A DNA stretch of 64,000 nt from Macrostomum lignano (Eukaryota): the NCBI GenBank assembly GCA_002269645.1, contig NIVC01000298.1:1-64000 (forward strand), given 5' to 3'. Shown in pieces: positions 23,879 through 38,800 of the stretch (within the stretch, counting starts at the first letter, position 1; each line of letters begins with the position of its first letter). Position numbers and translations under genes: made by a program. The notes under the pieces were generated by a model that saw nothing but the letters and a program-made list of their open reading frames with translations, was not told the DNA's origin and searched no databases.

Positions 23879-26800
23879 GTGTCTTTGTGTCTGTCTGTCT
23901 GTCTGTCTGCCTGCCTTAGTGTCTGTCTGTGTCTGTCTGTCTGTCTTAAGTTTTATTTACAGCTACCATTTTATTTTATCCGTCTACTTGATGTAAGTAT
24001 GAATTGTTGATAGCTATTTTTGTACTTCTACAATATTTTAATCAAGCGGAATGAATTGTTAACTTGGAGAAAAAATATGGATTGTCATTGAGTTGGGGGC
24101 TGTGACAGAGGTGCCAATCTGGCGCATGTTTTTAATATTTTTTCTGGCTATGTTGTGCGTTTAGTCCGACTTAAATTGGCACCATGTCTTCCTGTGTTGC
24201 AGGACAACGTTGCCATGGAGCAGATCGAGCCCAGCTCCTACATGAGCCAGTACCGAGAGCCGGAGGCGCTCACACCGCCAGAGAACTACATCACTGGCAA
24301 GGACAATGTGGCACCTCAAAGGATTCCGGTTGTGTCCGGGTTAGTATATTATACACTATATTAGTAGGGAACTAAAAACTGAAAATATAGTGCAACTTGG
24401 TTCAGGCGTTTTATCGACGCTAAAGTCATCATTGAAGCGCTTAATTAGCGCTGACAAATCTTGATTGAGGCGCTTAATTGGCGCTAAAATCTTGATTGAG
24501 GCGCTTAATTGGCGCTAAAGTCTTGATTGAGGCGCTTAATTGGCGCTAAAGTCTTGATTGAGGCGCTTAATTGGCGCTAAAGTCTTGATTGAGGCGCCTA
24601 ATTGGCGCTAAAATGTTATTTTGAGGCGCTTAATTGGCGCTGAAATAATTATTGAGGCGCTAAATTGGCACTAAAATCCTGATTGAGGCGCTAAAATCCT
24701 GCTTGAAGCGCTAAAACTCTGATCGAGGCGCTTAATTGATGCTAAAATCCTGATTGAGGCGCTAAAATCCTGCTTGAAGCGCTAAAACTCTGATCGAGGC
24801 GCTTAATTGATGCTAAAATCCTGATTGAGGCGCTAAAATCCTGCTTGAAGCGCTAAAACTCTGATCGAGGCGCTTAATTGATGCTAAAATCCTGATTGAG
24901 GCGCTAAAATCCTGCTTGAAGCGCTAAAACTCTGATCGAGGCGCTTAATTGATGCTAAAATCCTGATTGAGGCGCTAAAATCCTGCTTGAAGCGCTAAAA
25001 CTCTGATCGAGGCGCTTAATTGATGCTAAAATCCTGATTGAGGCGCTAAAATCCTGCTTGAAGCGCTAAAACTCTGATCGAGGCGCTTAATTGATGCTAA
25101 AACCTTGATTGACTCGCTTTTGTGCTGCCCTACAAGCCTAGACTAAGTTTTTATATGTTATTATTTTACTAAAATATGAATTTATTTTATATCTCATTCG
25201 CTAATTGGCCATATTGACGTATTGACAGCTAAATCAACAGGGTTTATAAGAGTAATAACTGGTTGGTCTGCACTTCTTGGCTCGATTTGGCTCTCGAGAA
25301 GAATTTTCCTCTCTCTATCGGCCTCTTCCTACTGCCTTTCCTTCTGTACTGTTTTTCCGCTTCAAAGTCTTCTGCTTTTTTCTGGCTAAGCTATATAGCT
25401 TTTGGCAGTGTATTTTAGTACTGCTTATTGAAGTGTTTGGTTTCTCTTCTTCTGCTACGCTTCTCTTGTTTCAGTTTTTTTTCGTGTGCTTATGCGCTCG
25501 GGTGTGCAAGTAATGGTGCGGAGTTGAGGTTGCCCCCTCTTGTCTCTTGTTCTCATTGCATTCTGTCTGCATGTGCGCGCACAGGCCACGCGCTACAAAA
25601 TGCTATTCAGGCAACAGACAGGGCGCTCTCGACTTAGTAAATCTAGACTAGATCTTGTAGTTTCTAGTTTGTAGATTGTTTTTTACATGTAGATAATTGA
25701 ATTATTAGAATTACGAAATGAGAAAAAGGTAGCCAAGCTCAACTAATCTTATCAGCTGAAGTCTTCACACCTCTTGTGGCGTGACATCCACCGGTCAAGG
25801 GGCGTCAAGAGGCAGGGGCGCCAAACCAAAGAGACAGGAGGCGCTCATCAAGAGACAGGGGCGTCAATGAAACCATAAGGGCGCCAACCAAGAGACAGGG
25901 GCGCCAACCCAAGGAGACAGGAGGCGCCCATCAAGAGACAAGGGGGCGCCAACCAAGAGACAGGGGCGCCAACCAAAGAGACAAGGGGGCGCCAACCAAC
26001 AGACAGGGGCGCCAACCAAAGAGACAAGGGGGCGCCAACCAAGAGACAGGGGCGCTACGCTAACCAAGTGACAGGGGCGCCAACCAAAGAGAAAAAGGGG
26101 GCGCCAACCAAGAGACACCGGGCACCAACCAAGAGACAGGGGCGCCAACCCACCATGACCCCTAAATATTATTTATTAAGAAGCGTATTAATGGGAGTTT
26201 AGGACTGCAGTCAGCAGACTCGGTATTAATTCTTTGAAAAATCCCACAAAGGGTGTGGCTTCTTAGTCCCAGGCCAGACAGCCAGACACATGGATTGATT
26301 TCCATTGGCCTGGGCAAATATGCTACTGCCTACTGGGGGAATGGGGGATAATAGAGAGACAGGCCTCCGCGGTTACTGTACACAATGTACACTTAGAAAT
26401 AATTGCGCTGTATCTTTACTATAGAGAAGCTTTGGACTTTGCCTGTACGTGAATGGTCTGCCCCCCCCCCTCCGCATGCGGGCAGGACAGAGTTCTTGTA
26501 CTCTGTGGGAACCACCAACTGGGAGAGAACGAGTTGTGAGAGAGAAGACAGGAAAAATAAAGCTTTAGAAAGACCAATGCGCGCGCGCGTCACTCGCTCA
26601 CTCGGTTGTTTAGTGTTGAAAATAGGGACTGGGACTGGAAAAAAAACGCGCGCACACAACTGGGGGGCTAAGAGACCCCCAACCAGAGCTAGGAATATTG
26701 ACAGCTTTTCTCTCTACGAACTATTTAGTCGCCTGCCCTTAGACTAGAAATTTACTGGGCATTCAGACAAAGAACTAAATAGTAATTTACAGCCTTGTGT

Positions 26801-29800
26801 AAAGCAACAATTGCAACAGCAAATTAATCTGTAGGCATGACTGTTGATAGTAAAGTTATCGATCCAGAGACTGGCAGGTAAGTTGTGTTTAATAAGATAT
26901 CTTACGTCTGTTGTTGTCCTGAAATATGCCTTTTTTAAACTCAAAATTGTCTGGCACCAAAACTGAGAGAATCGTCCACAATTCCCAAATGATCCTCAAC
27001 CATTGAGAATCGCCCACAATTCCCAAATGATCCTCAACCATTGAGAATCGCCCACAATTCCCAAATGATCCTCAACCATTGAGAATCGCCCACAATTCCC
27101 AAATGATCCTCAACATTGAGAATCGCCCACAATTCCCAAATGATCCTCAACCATTGAGAATCGCCCACAATTCCCAAATGATCCTCAACCATTGAGAATC
27201 GCCCACAATTCCCAAATGATCCTCAACCATTGAGAATCGCCCACAATTCCCAAATGATCCTCAACCATTGAGAATCGCCCACAATTCCCAAATGATCCTC
27301 AACCATTGAGAATCGCCCACAATTCCCAAATGATCCTCAACCATTGAGAATCGCCCACAATTCCCAAATGATCCTCAACCATTGAGAATCGCCCACAATT
27401 CCCAAATGATCCTCAACCATTGAGAATCGCCCACAATTCCCAAATGATCCTCAACATTGAGAATCGCCCACAATTCCCAAATGATCCTCAACCATTGAGA
27501 ATCGCCCACAATTCCCAAATGATCCTCAACCATTGAGAATCGCCCACAATTCCCAAATGATCCTCAACCATTGAGAATCGCCCACAATTCCCAAATGATC
27601 CTCAACCATTGAGAATCGCCCACAATTCCCAAATGATCCTCAACCATTGAGAATCGCCCACAATTCCCAAATGATCCTCAACCATTGAGAATCGCCCACA
27701 ATTCCCAAATGATCCTCAACCATTGAGAATCGCCCACAATTCCCAAATGATCCTCAACCATTGAGAATCGCCCACAATTCCCAAATGATCCTCAACCATT
27801 GAGAATCGCCCACAATTCCCAAATGATCCTCAACCATTGAGAATCGCCCACAATTCCCAAATGATCCTCAACCATTGAGAATCGCCCACAATTCCCAAAT
27901 GATCCTCAACCATTGAGAATCGCCCACAATTCCCAAATGATCCTCAACCATTGAGAATCGCCCACAATTCCCAAATGATCCTCAACCATTGAGAATCGCC
28001 CACAATTCCCAAATGATCCTCAACCATTGAGAATCGCCCACAATTCCCAAATGATCCTCAACCATTGAGAATCGCCCACAATTCCCAAATGATCCTCAAC
28101 CATTGAGAATCGCCCACAATTCCCAAATGATCCTCAACCATTGAGAATCGCCCACAATTCCCAAATGATCCTCAACCATTGAGAATCGCCCACAATTCCC
28201 AAATGATCCTCAACCATTGAGAATCGCCCACAATTCCCAAATGATCCTCAACCATTGAGAATCGCCCACAATTCCCAAATGATCCTCAACCATTGAGAAT
28301 CGCCCACAATTCCCAAATGATCCTCAACCATTGAGAATCGCCCACAATTCCCAAATGATCCTCAACCATTGAGAATCGCCCACAATTCCCAAATGATCCT
28401 CAACCATTGAGAATCGCCCACAATTCCCAAATGATCCTCAACCATTGAGAATCGCCCACAATTCCCAAATGATCCTCAACCATTGAGAATCGCCCACAAT
28501 TCCCAAATGATCCTCAACCATTGAGAATCGCCCACAATTCCCAAATGATCCTCAACCATTGAGAATCGCCCACAATTCCCAAATGATCCTCAACCATTGA
28601 GAATCGCCCACAATTCCCAAATGATCCTCAACCATTGAGAATCGCCCACAATTCCCAAATGATCCTCAACCATTGAGAATCGCCCACAATTCCCAAATGA
28701 TCCTCAACCATTGAGAATCGCCCACAATTCCCAAATGATCCTCAACCATTGAGAATCGCCCACAATTCCCAAATGATCCTCAACCATTGAGAATCGCCCA
28801 CAATTCCCAAATGATCCTCAACCATTGAGAATCGCCCACAATTCCCAAATGATCCTCAACCATTGAGAATCGCCCACAATTCCCAAATGATCCTCAACCA
28901 TTGAGAATCGCCCACAATTCCCAAATGATCCTCAACCATTGAGAATCGCCCACAATTCCCAAATGATCCTCAACCATTGAGAATCGCCCACAATTCCCAA
29001 ATGATCCTCAACCATTGAGAATCGCCCACAATTCCCAAATGATCCTCAACCATTGAGAATCGCCCACAATTCCCAAATGATCCTCAACCATTGAGAATCG
29101 CCCACAATTCCCAAATGATCCTCAACCATTGAGAATCGCCCACAATTCCCAAATGATCCTCAACCATTGAGAATCGCCCACAATTCCCAAATGATCCTCA
29201 ACCATTGAGAATCGCCCACAATTCCCAAATGATCCTCAACCATTGAGAATCGCCCACAATTCCCAAATGATCCTCAACCATTGAGAATCGCCCACAATTC
29301 CCAAATGATCCTCAACCATTGAGAATCGCCCACAATTCCCAAATGATCCTCAACCATTGAGAATCGCCCACAATTCCCAAATGATCCTCAACCATTGAGA
29401 ATCGCCCACAATTCCCAAATGATCCTCAACCATTGAGAATCGCCCACAATTCCCAAATGATCCTCAACCATTGAGAATCGCCCACAATTCCCAAATGATC
29501 CTCAACCATTGAGAATCGCCCACAATTCCCAAATGATCCTCAACCATTGAGAATCGCCCACAATTCCCAAATGATCCTCAACCATTGAGAATCGCCCACA
29601 ATTCCCAAATGATCCTCAACCATTGAGAATCGCCCACAATTCCCAAATGATCCTCAACCATTGAGAATCGCCCACAATTCCCAAATGATCCTCAACCATT
29701 GAGAATCGCCCACAATTCCCAAATGATCCTCAACCATTGAGAATCGCCCACAATTCCCAAATGATCCTCAACCATTGAGAATCGCCCACAATTCCCAAAT

Positions 29801-32800
29801 GATCCTCAACCATTGAGAATCGCCCACAATTCCCAAATGATCCTCAACCATTGAGAATCGCCCACAATTCCCAAATGATCCTCAACCATTGAGAATCGCC
29901 CACAATTCCCAAATGATCCTCAACCATTGAGAATCGCCCACAATTCCCAAATGATCCTCAACCATTGAGAATCGCCCACAATTCCCAAATGATCCTCAAC
30001 CATTGAGAATCGCCCACAATTCCCAAATGATCCTCAACCATTGAGAATCGCCCACAATTCCCAAATGATCCTCAACCATTGAGAATCGCCCACAATTCCC
30101 AAATGATCCTCAACCATTGAGAATCGCCCACAATTCCCAAATGATCCTCAACCATTGAGAATCGCCCACAATTCCCAAATGATCCTCAACCATTGAGAAT
30201 CGCCCACAATTCCCAAATGATCCTCAACCATTGAGAATCGCCCACAATTCCCAAATGATCCTCAACCATTGAGAATCGCCCACAATTCCCAAATGATCCT
30301 CAACCATTGAGAATCGCCCACAATTCCCAAATGATCCTCAACCATTGAGAATCGCCCACAATTCCCAAATGATCCTCAACCATTGAGAATCGCCCACAAT
30401 TCCCAAATGATCCTCAACCATTGAGAATCGCCCACAATTCCCAAATGATCCTCAACCATTGAGAATCGCCCACAATTCCCAAATGATCCTCAACCATTGA
30501 GAATCGCCCACAATTCCCAAATGATCCTCAACCATTGAGAATCGCCCACAATTCCCAAATGATCCTCAACCATTGAGAATCGCCCACAATTCCCAAATGA
30601 TCCTCAACCATTGAGAATCGCCCACAATTCCCAAATGATCCTCAACCATTGAGAATCGCCCACAATTCCCAAATGATCCTCAACCATTGAGAATCGCCCA
30701 CAATTCCCAAATGATCCTCAACCATTGAGAATCGCCCACAATTCCCAAATGATCCTCAACCATTGAGAATCGCCCACAATTCCCAAATGATCCTCAACCA
30801 TTGAGAATCGCCCACAATTCCCAAATGATCCTCAACCATTGAGAATCGCCCACAATTCCCAAATGATCCTCAACCATTGAGAATCGCCCACAATTCCCAA
30901 ATGATCCTCAACCATTGAGAATCGCCCACAATTCCCAAATGATCCTCAACCATTGAGAATCGCCCACAATTCCCAAATGATCCTCAACCATTGAGAATCG
31001 CCCACAATTCCCAAATGATCCTCAACCATTGAGAATCGCCCACAATTCCCAAATGATCCTCAACCATTGAGAATCGCCCACAATTCCCAAATGATCCTCA
31101 ACCATTGAGAATCGCCCACAATTCCCAAATGATCCTCAACCATTGAGAATCGCCCACAATTCCCAAATGATCCTCAACCATTGAGAATCGCCCACAATTC
31201 CCAAATGATCCTCAACCATTGAGAATCGCCCACAATTCCCAAATGATCCTCAACCATTGAGAATCGCCCACAATTCCCAAATGATCCTCAACCATTGAGA
31301 ATCGCCCACAATTCCCAAATGATCCTCAACCATTGAGAATCGCCCACAATTCCCAAATGATCCTCAACCATTGAGAATCGCCCACAATTCCCAAATGATC
31401 CTCAACCATTGAGAATCGCCCACAATTCCCAAATGATCCTCAACCATTGAGAATCGCCCACAATTCCCAAATGATCCTCAACCATTGAGAATCGCCCACA
31501 ATTCCCAAATGATCCTCAACCATTGAGAATCGCCCACAATTCCCAAATGATCCTCAACCATTGAGAATCGCCCACAATTCCCAAATGATCCTCAACCATT
31601 GAGAATCGCCCACAATTCCCAAATGATCCTCAACCATTGAGAATCGCCCACAATTCCCAAATGATCCTCAACCATTGAGAATCGCCCACAATTCCCAAAT
31701 GATCCTCAACCATTGAGAATCGCCCACAATTCCCAAATGATCCTCAACCATTGAGAATCGCCCACAATTCCCAAATGATCCTCAACCATTGAGAATCGCC
31801 CACAATTCCCAAATGATCCTCAACCATTGAGAATCGCCCACAATTCCCAAATGATCCTCAACCATTGAGAATCGCCCACAATTCCCAAATGATCCTCAAC
31901 CATTGAGAATCGCCCACAATTCCCAAATGATCCTCAACCATTGAGAATCGCCCACAATTCCCAAATGATCCTCAACCATTGAGAATCGCCCACAATTCCC
32001 AAATGATCCTCAACCATTGAGAATCGCCCACAATTCCCAAATGATCCTCAACCATTGAGAATCGCCCACAATTCCCAAATGATCCTCAACCATTGAGAAT
32101 CGCCCACAATTCCCAAATGATCCTCAACCATTGAGAATCGCCCACAATTCCCAAATGATCCTCAACCATTGAGAATCGCCCACAATTCCCAAATGATCCT
32201 CAACCATTGAGAATCGCCCACAATTCCCAAATGATCCTCAACCATTGAGAATCGCCCACAATTCCCAAATGATCCTCAACCATTGAGAATCGCCCACAAT
32301 TCCCAAATGATCCTCAACCATTGAGAATCGCCCACAATTCCCAAATGATCCTCAACCATTGAGAATCGCCCACAATTCCCAAATGATCCTCAACCATTGA
32401 GAATCGCCCACAATTCCCAAATGATCCTCAACCATTGAGAATCGCCCACAATTCCCAAATGATCCTCAACCATTGAGAATCGCCCACAATTCCCAAATGA
32501 TCCTCAACCATTGAGAATCGCCCACAATTCCCAAATGATCCTCAACCATTGAGAATCGCCCACAATTCCCAAATGATCCTCAACCATTGAGAATCGCCCA
32601 CAATTCCCAAATGATCCTCAACCATTGAGAATCGCCCACAATTCCCAAATGATCCTCAACCATTGAGAATCGCCCACAATTCCCAAATGATCCTCAACCA
32701 TTGAGAATCGCCCACAATTCCCAAATGATCCTCAACCATTGAGAATCGCCCACAATTCCCAAATGATCCTCAACCATTGAGAATCGCCCACAATTCCCAA

Positions 32801-35800
32801 ATGATCCTCAACCATTGAGAATCGCCCACAATTCCCAAATGATCCTCAACCATTGAGAATCGCCCACAATTCCCAAATGATCCTCAACCATTGAGAATCG
32901 CCCACAATTCCCAAATGATCCTCAACCATTGAGAATCGCCCACAATTCCCAAATGATCCTCAACCATTGAGAATCGCCCACAATTCCCAAATGATCCTCA
33001 ACCATTGAGAATCGCCCACAATTCCCAAATGATCCTCAACCATTGAGAATCGCCCACAATTCCCAAATGATCCTCAACCATTGAGAATCGCCCACAATTC
33101 CCAAATGATCCTCAACCATTGAGAATCGCCCACAATTCCCAAATGATCCTCAACCATTGAGAATCGCCCACAATTCCCAAATGATCCTCAACCATTGAGA
33201 ATCGCCCACAATTCCCAAATGATCCTCAACCATTGAGAATCGCCCACAATTCCCAAATGATCCTCAACCATTGAGAATCGCCCACAATTCCCAAATGATC
33301 CTCAACCATTGAGAATCGCCCACAATTCCCAAATGATCCTCAACCATTGAGAATCGCCCACAATTCCCAAATGATCCTCAACCATTGAGAATCGCCCACA
33401 ATTCCCAAATGATCCTCAACCATTGAGAATCGCCCACAATTCCCAAATGATCCTCAACCATTGAGAATCGCCCACAATTCCCAAATGATCCTCAACCATT
33501 GAGAATCGCCCACAATTCCCAAATGATCCTCAACCATTGAGAATCGCCCACAATTCCCAAATGATCCTCAACCATTGAGAATCGCCCACAATTCCCAAAT
33601 GATCCTCAACCATTGAGAATCGCCCACAATTCCCAAATGATCCTCAACCATTGAGAATCGCCCACAATTCCCAAATGATCCTCAACCATTGAGAATCGCC
33701 CACAATTCCCAAATGATCCTCAACCATTGAGAATCGCCCACAATTCCCAAATGATCCTCAACCATTGAGAATCGCCCACAATTCCCAAATGATCCTCAAC
33801 CATTGAGAATCGCCCACAATTCCCAAATGATCCTCAACCATTGAGAATCGCCCACAATTCCCAAATGATCCTCAACCATTGAGAATCGCCCACAATTCCC
33901 AAATGATCCTCAACCATTGAGAATCGCCCACAATTCCCAAATGATCCTCAACCATTGAGAATCGCCCACAATTCCCAAATGATCCTCAACCATTGAGAAT
34001 CGCCCACAATTCCCAAATGATCCTCAACCATTGAGAATCGCCCACAATTCCCAAATGATCCTCAACCATTGAGAATCGCCCACAATTCCCAAATGATCCT
34101 CAACCATTGAGAATCGCCCACAATTCCCAAATGATCCTCAACCATTGAGAATCGCCCACAATTCCCAAATGATCCTCAACCATTGAGAATCGCCCACAAT
34201 TCCCAAATGATCCTCAACCATTGAGAATCGCCCACAATTCCCAAATGATCCTCAACCATTGAGAATCGCCCACAATTCCCAAATGATCCTCAACCATTGA
34301 GAATCGCCCACAATTCCCAAATGATCCTCAACCATTGAGAATCGCCCACAATTCCCAAATGATCCTCAACCATTGAGAATCGCCCACAATTCCCAAATGA
34401 TCCTCAACCATTGAGAATCGCCCACAATTCCCAAATGATCCTCAACCATTGAGAATCGCCCACAATTCCCAAATGATCCTCAACCATTGAGAATCGCCCA
34501 CAATTCCCAAATGATCCTCAACCATTGAGAATCGCCCACAATTCCCAAATGATCCTCAACCATTGAGAATCGCCCACAATTCCCAAATGATCCTCAACCA
34601 TTGAGAATCGCCCACAATTCCCAAATGATCCTCAACCATTGAGAATCGCCCACAATTCCCAAATGATCCTCAACCATTGAGAATCGCCCACAATTCCCAA
34701 ATGATCCTCAACCATTGAGAATCGCCCACAATTCCCAAATGATCCTCAACCATTGAGAATCGCCCACAATTCCCAAATGATCCTCAACCATTGAGAATCG
34801 CCCACAATTCCCAAATGATCCTCAACCATTGAGAATCGCCCACAATTCCCAAATGATCCTCAACCATTGAGAATCGCCCACAATTCCCAAATGATCCTCA
34901 ACCATTGAGAATCGCCCACAATTCCCAAATGATCCTCAACCATTGAGAATCGCCCACAATTCCCAAATGATCCTCAACCATTGAGAATCGCCCACAATTC
35001 CCAAATGATCCTCAACCATTGAGAATCGCCCACAATTCCCAAATGATCCTCAACCATTGAGAATCGCCCACAATTCCCAAATGATCCTCAACCATTGAGA
35101 ATCGCCCACAATTCCCAAATGATCCTCAACCATTGAGAATCGCCCACAATTCCCAAATGATCCTCAACCATTGAGAATCGCCCACAATTCCCAAATGATC
35201 CTCAACCATTGAGAATCGCCCACAATTCCCAAATGATCCTCAACCATTGAGAATCGCCCACAATTCCCAAATGATCCTCAACCATTGAGAATCGCCCACA
35301 ATTCCCAAATGATCCTCAACCATTGAGAATCGCCCACAATTCCCAAATGATCCTCAACCATTGAGAATCGCCCACAATTCCCAAATGATCCTCAACCATT
35401 GAGAATCGCCCACAATTCCCAAATGATCCTCAACCATTGAGAATCGCCCACAATTCCCAAATGATCCTCAACCATTGAGAATCGCCCACAATTCCCAAAT
35501 GATCCTCAACCATTGAGAATCGCCCACAATTCCCAAATGATCCTCAACCATTGAGAATCGCCCACAATTCCCAAATGATCCTCAACCATTGAGAATCGCC
35601 CACAATTCCCAAATGATCCTCAACCATTGAGAATCGCCCACAATTCCCAAATGATCCTCAACCATTGAGAATCGCCCACAATTCCCAAATGATCCTCAAC
35701 CATTGAGAATCGCCCACAATTCCCAAATGATCCTCAACCATTGAGAATCGCCCACAATTCCCAAATGATCCTCAACCATTGAGAATCGCCCACAATTCCC

Positions 35801-38800
35801 AAATGATCCTCAACCATTGAGAATCGCCCACAATTCCCAAATGATCCTCAACCATTGAGAATCGCCCACAATTCCCAAATGATCCTCAACCATTGAGAAT
35901 CGCCCACAATTCCCAAATGATCCTCAACCATTGAGAATCGCCCACAATTCCCAAATGATCCTCAACCATTGAGAATCGCCCACAATTCCCAAATGATCCT
36001 CAACCATTGAGAATCGCCCACAATTCCCAAATGATCCTCAACCATTGAGAATCGCCCACAATTCCCAAATGATCCTCAACCATTGAGAATCGCCCACAAT
36101 TCCCAAATGATCCTCAACCATTGAGAATCGCCCACAATTCCCAAATGATCCTCAACCATTGAGAATCGCCCACAATTCCCAAATGATCCTCAACCATTGA
36201 GAATCGCCCACAATTCCCAAATGATCCTCAACCATTGAGAATCGCCCACAATTCCCAAATGATCCTCAACCATTGAGAATCGCCCACAATTCCCAAATGA
36301 TCCTCAACCATTGAGAATCGCCCACAATTCCCAAATGATCCTCAACCATTGAGAATCGCCCACAATTCCCAAATGATCCTCAACCATTGAGAATCGCCCA
36401 CAATTCCCAAATGATCCTCAACCATTGAGAATCGCCCACAATTCCCAAATGATCCTCAACCATTGAGAATCGCCCACAATTCCCAAATGATCCTCAACCA
36501 TTGAGAATCGCCCACAATTCCCAAATGATCCTCAACCATTGAGAATCGCCCACAATTCCCAAATGATCCTCAACCATTGAGAATCGCCCACAATTCCCAA
36601 ATGATCCTCAACCATTGAGAATCGCCCACAATTCCCAAATGATCCTCAACCATTGAGAATCGCCCACAATTCCCAAATGATCCTCAACCATTGAGAATCG
36701 CCCACAATTCCCAAATGATCCTCAACCATTGAGAATCGCCCACAATTCCCAAATGATCCTCAACCATTGAGAATCGCCCACAATTCCCAAATGATCCTCA
36801 ACCATTGAGAATCGCCCACAATTCCCAAATGATCCTCAACCATTGAGAATCGCCCACAATTCCCAAATGATCCTCAACCATTGAGAATCGCCCACAATTC
36901 CCAAATGATCCTCAACCATTGAGAATCGCCCACAATTCCCAAATGATCCTCAACCATTGAGAATCGCCCACAATTCCCAAATGATCCTCAACCATTGAGA
37001 ATCGCCCACAATTCCCAAATGATCCTCAACCATTGAGAATCGCCCACAATTCCCAAATGATCCTCAACCATTGAGAATCGCCCACAATTCCCAAATGATC
37101 CTCAACCATTGAGAATCGCCCACAATTCCCAAATGATCCTCAACCATTGAGAATCGCCCACAATTCCCAAATGATCCTCAACCATTGAGAATCGCCCACA
37201 ATTCCCAAATGATCCTCAACCATTGAGAATCGCCCACAATTCCCAAATGATCCTCAACCATTGAGAATCGCCCACAATTCCCAAATGATCCTCAACCATT
37301 GAGAATCGCCCACAATTCCCAAATGATCCTCAACCATTGAGAATCGCCCACAATTCCCAAATGATCCTCAACCATTGAGAATCGCCCACAATTCCCAAAT
37401 GATCCTCAACCATTGAGAATCGCCCACAATTCCCAAATGATCCTCAACCATTGAGAATCGCCCACAATTCCCAAATGATCCTCAACCATTGAGAATCGCC
37501 CACAATTCCCAAATGATCCTCAACCATTGAGAATCGCCCACAATTCCCAAATGATCCTCAACCATTGAGAATCGCCCACAATTCCCAAATGATCCTCAAC
37601 CATTGAGAATCGCCCACAATTCCCAAATGATCCTCAACCATTGAGAATCGCCCACAATTCCCAAATGATCCTCAACCATTGAGAATCGCCCACAATTCCC
37701 AAATGATCCTCAACCATTGAGAATCGCCCACAATTCCCAAATGATCCTCAACCATTGAGAATCGCCCACAATTCCCAAATGATCCTCAACCATTGAGAAT
37801 CGCCCACAATTCCCAAATGATCCTCAACCATTGAGAATCGCCCACAATTCCCAAATGATCCTCAACCATTGAGAATCGCCCACAATTCCCAAATGATCCT
37901 CAACCATTGAGAATCGCCCACAATTCCCAAATGATCCTCAACCATTGAGAATCGCCCACAATTCCCAAATGATCCTCAACCATTGAGAATCGCCCACAAT
38001 TCCCAAATGATCCTCAACCATTGAGAATCGCCCACAATTCCCAAATGATCCTCAACCATTGAGAATCGCCCACAATTCCCAAATGATCCTCAACCATTGA
38101 GAATCGCCCACAATTCCCAAATGATCCTCAACCATTGAGAATCGCCCACAATTCCCAAATGATCCTCAACCATTGAGAATCGCCCACAATTCCCAAATGA
38201 TCCTCAACCATTGAGAATCGCCCACAATTCCCAAATGATCCTCAACCATTGAGAATCGCCCACAATTCCCAAATGATCCTCAACCATTGAGAATCGCCCA
38301 CAATTCCCAAATGATCCTCAACCATTGAGAATCGCCCACAATTCCCAAATGATCCTCAACCATTGAGAATCGCCCACAATTCCCAAATGATCCTCAACCA
38401 TTGAGAATCGCCCACAATTCCCAAATGATCCTCAACCATTGAGAATCGCCCACAATTCCCAAATGATCCTCAACCATTGAGAATCGCCCACAATTCCCAA
38501 ATGATCCTCAACCATTGAGAATCGCCCACAATTCCCAAATGATCCTCAACCATTGAGAATCGCCCACAATTCCCAAATGATCCTCAACCATTGAGAATCG
38601 CCCACAATTCCCAAATGATCCTCAACCATTGAGAATCGCCCACAATTCCCAAATGATCCTCAACCATTGAGAATCGCCCACAATTCCCAAATGATCCTCA
38701 ACCATTGAGAATCGCCCACAATTCCCAAATGATCCTCAACCATTGAGAATCGCCCACAATTCCCAAATGATCCTCAACCATTGAGAATCGCCCACAATTC

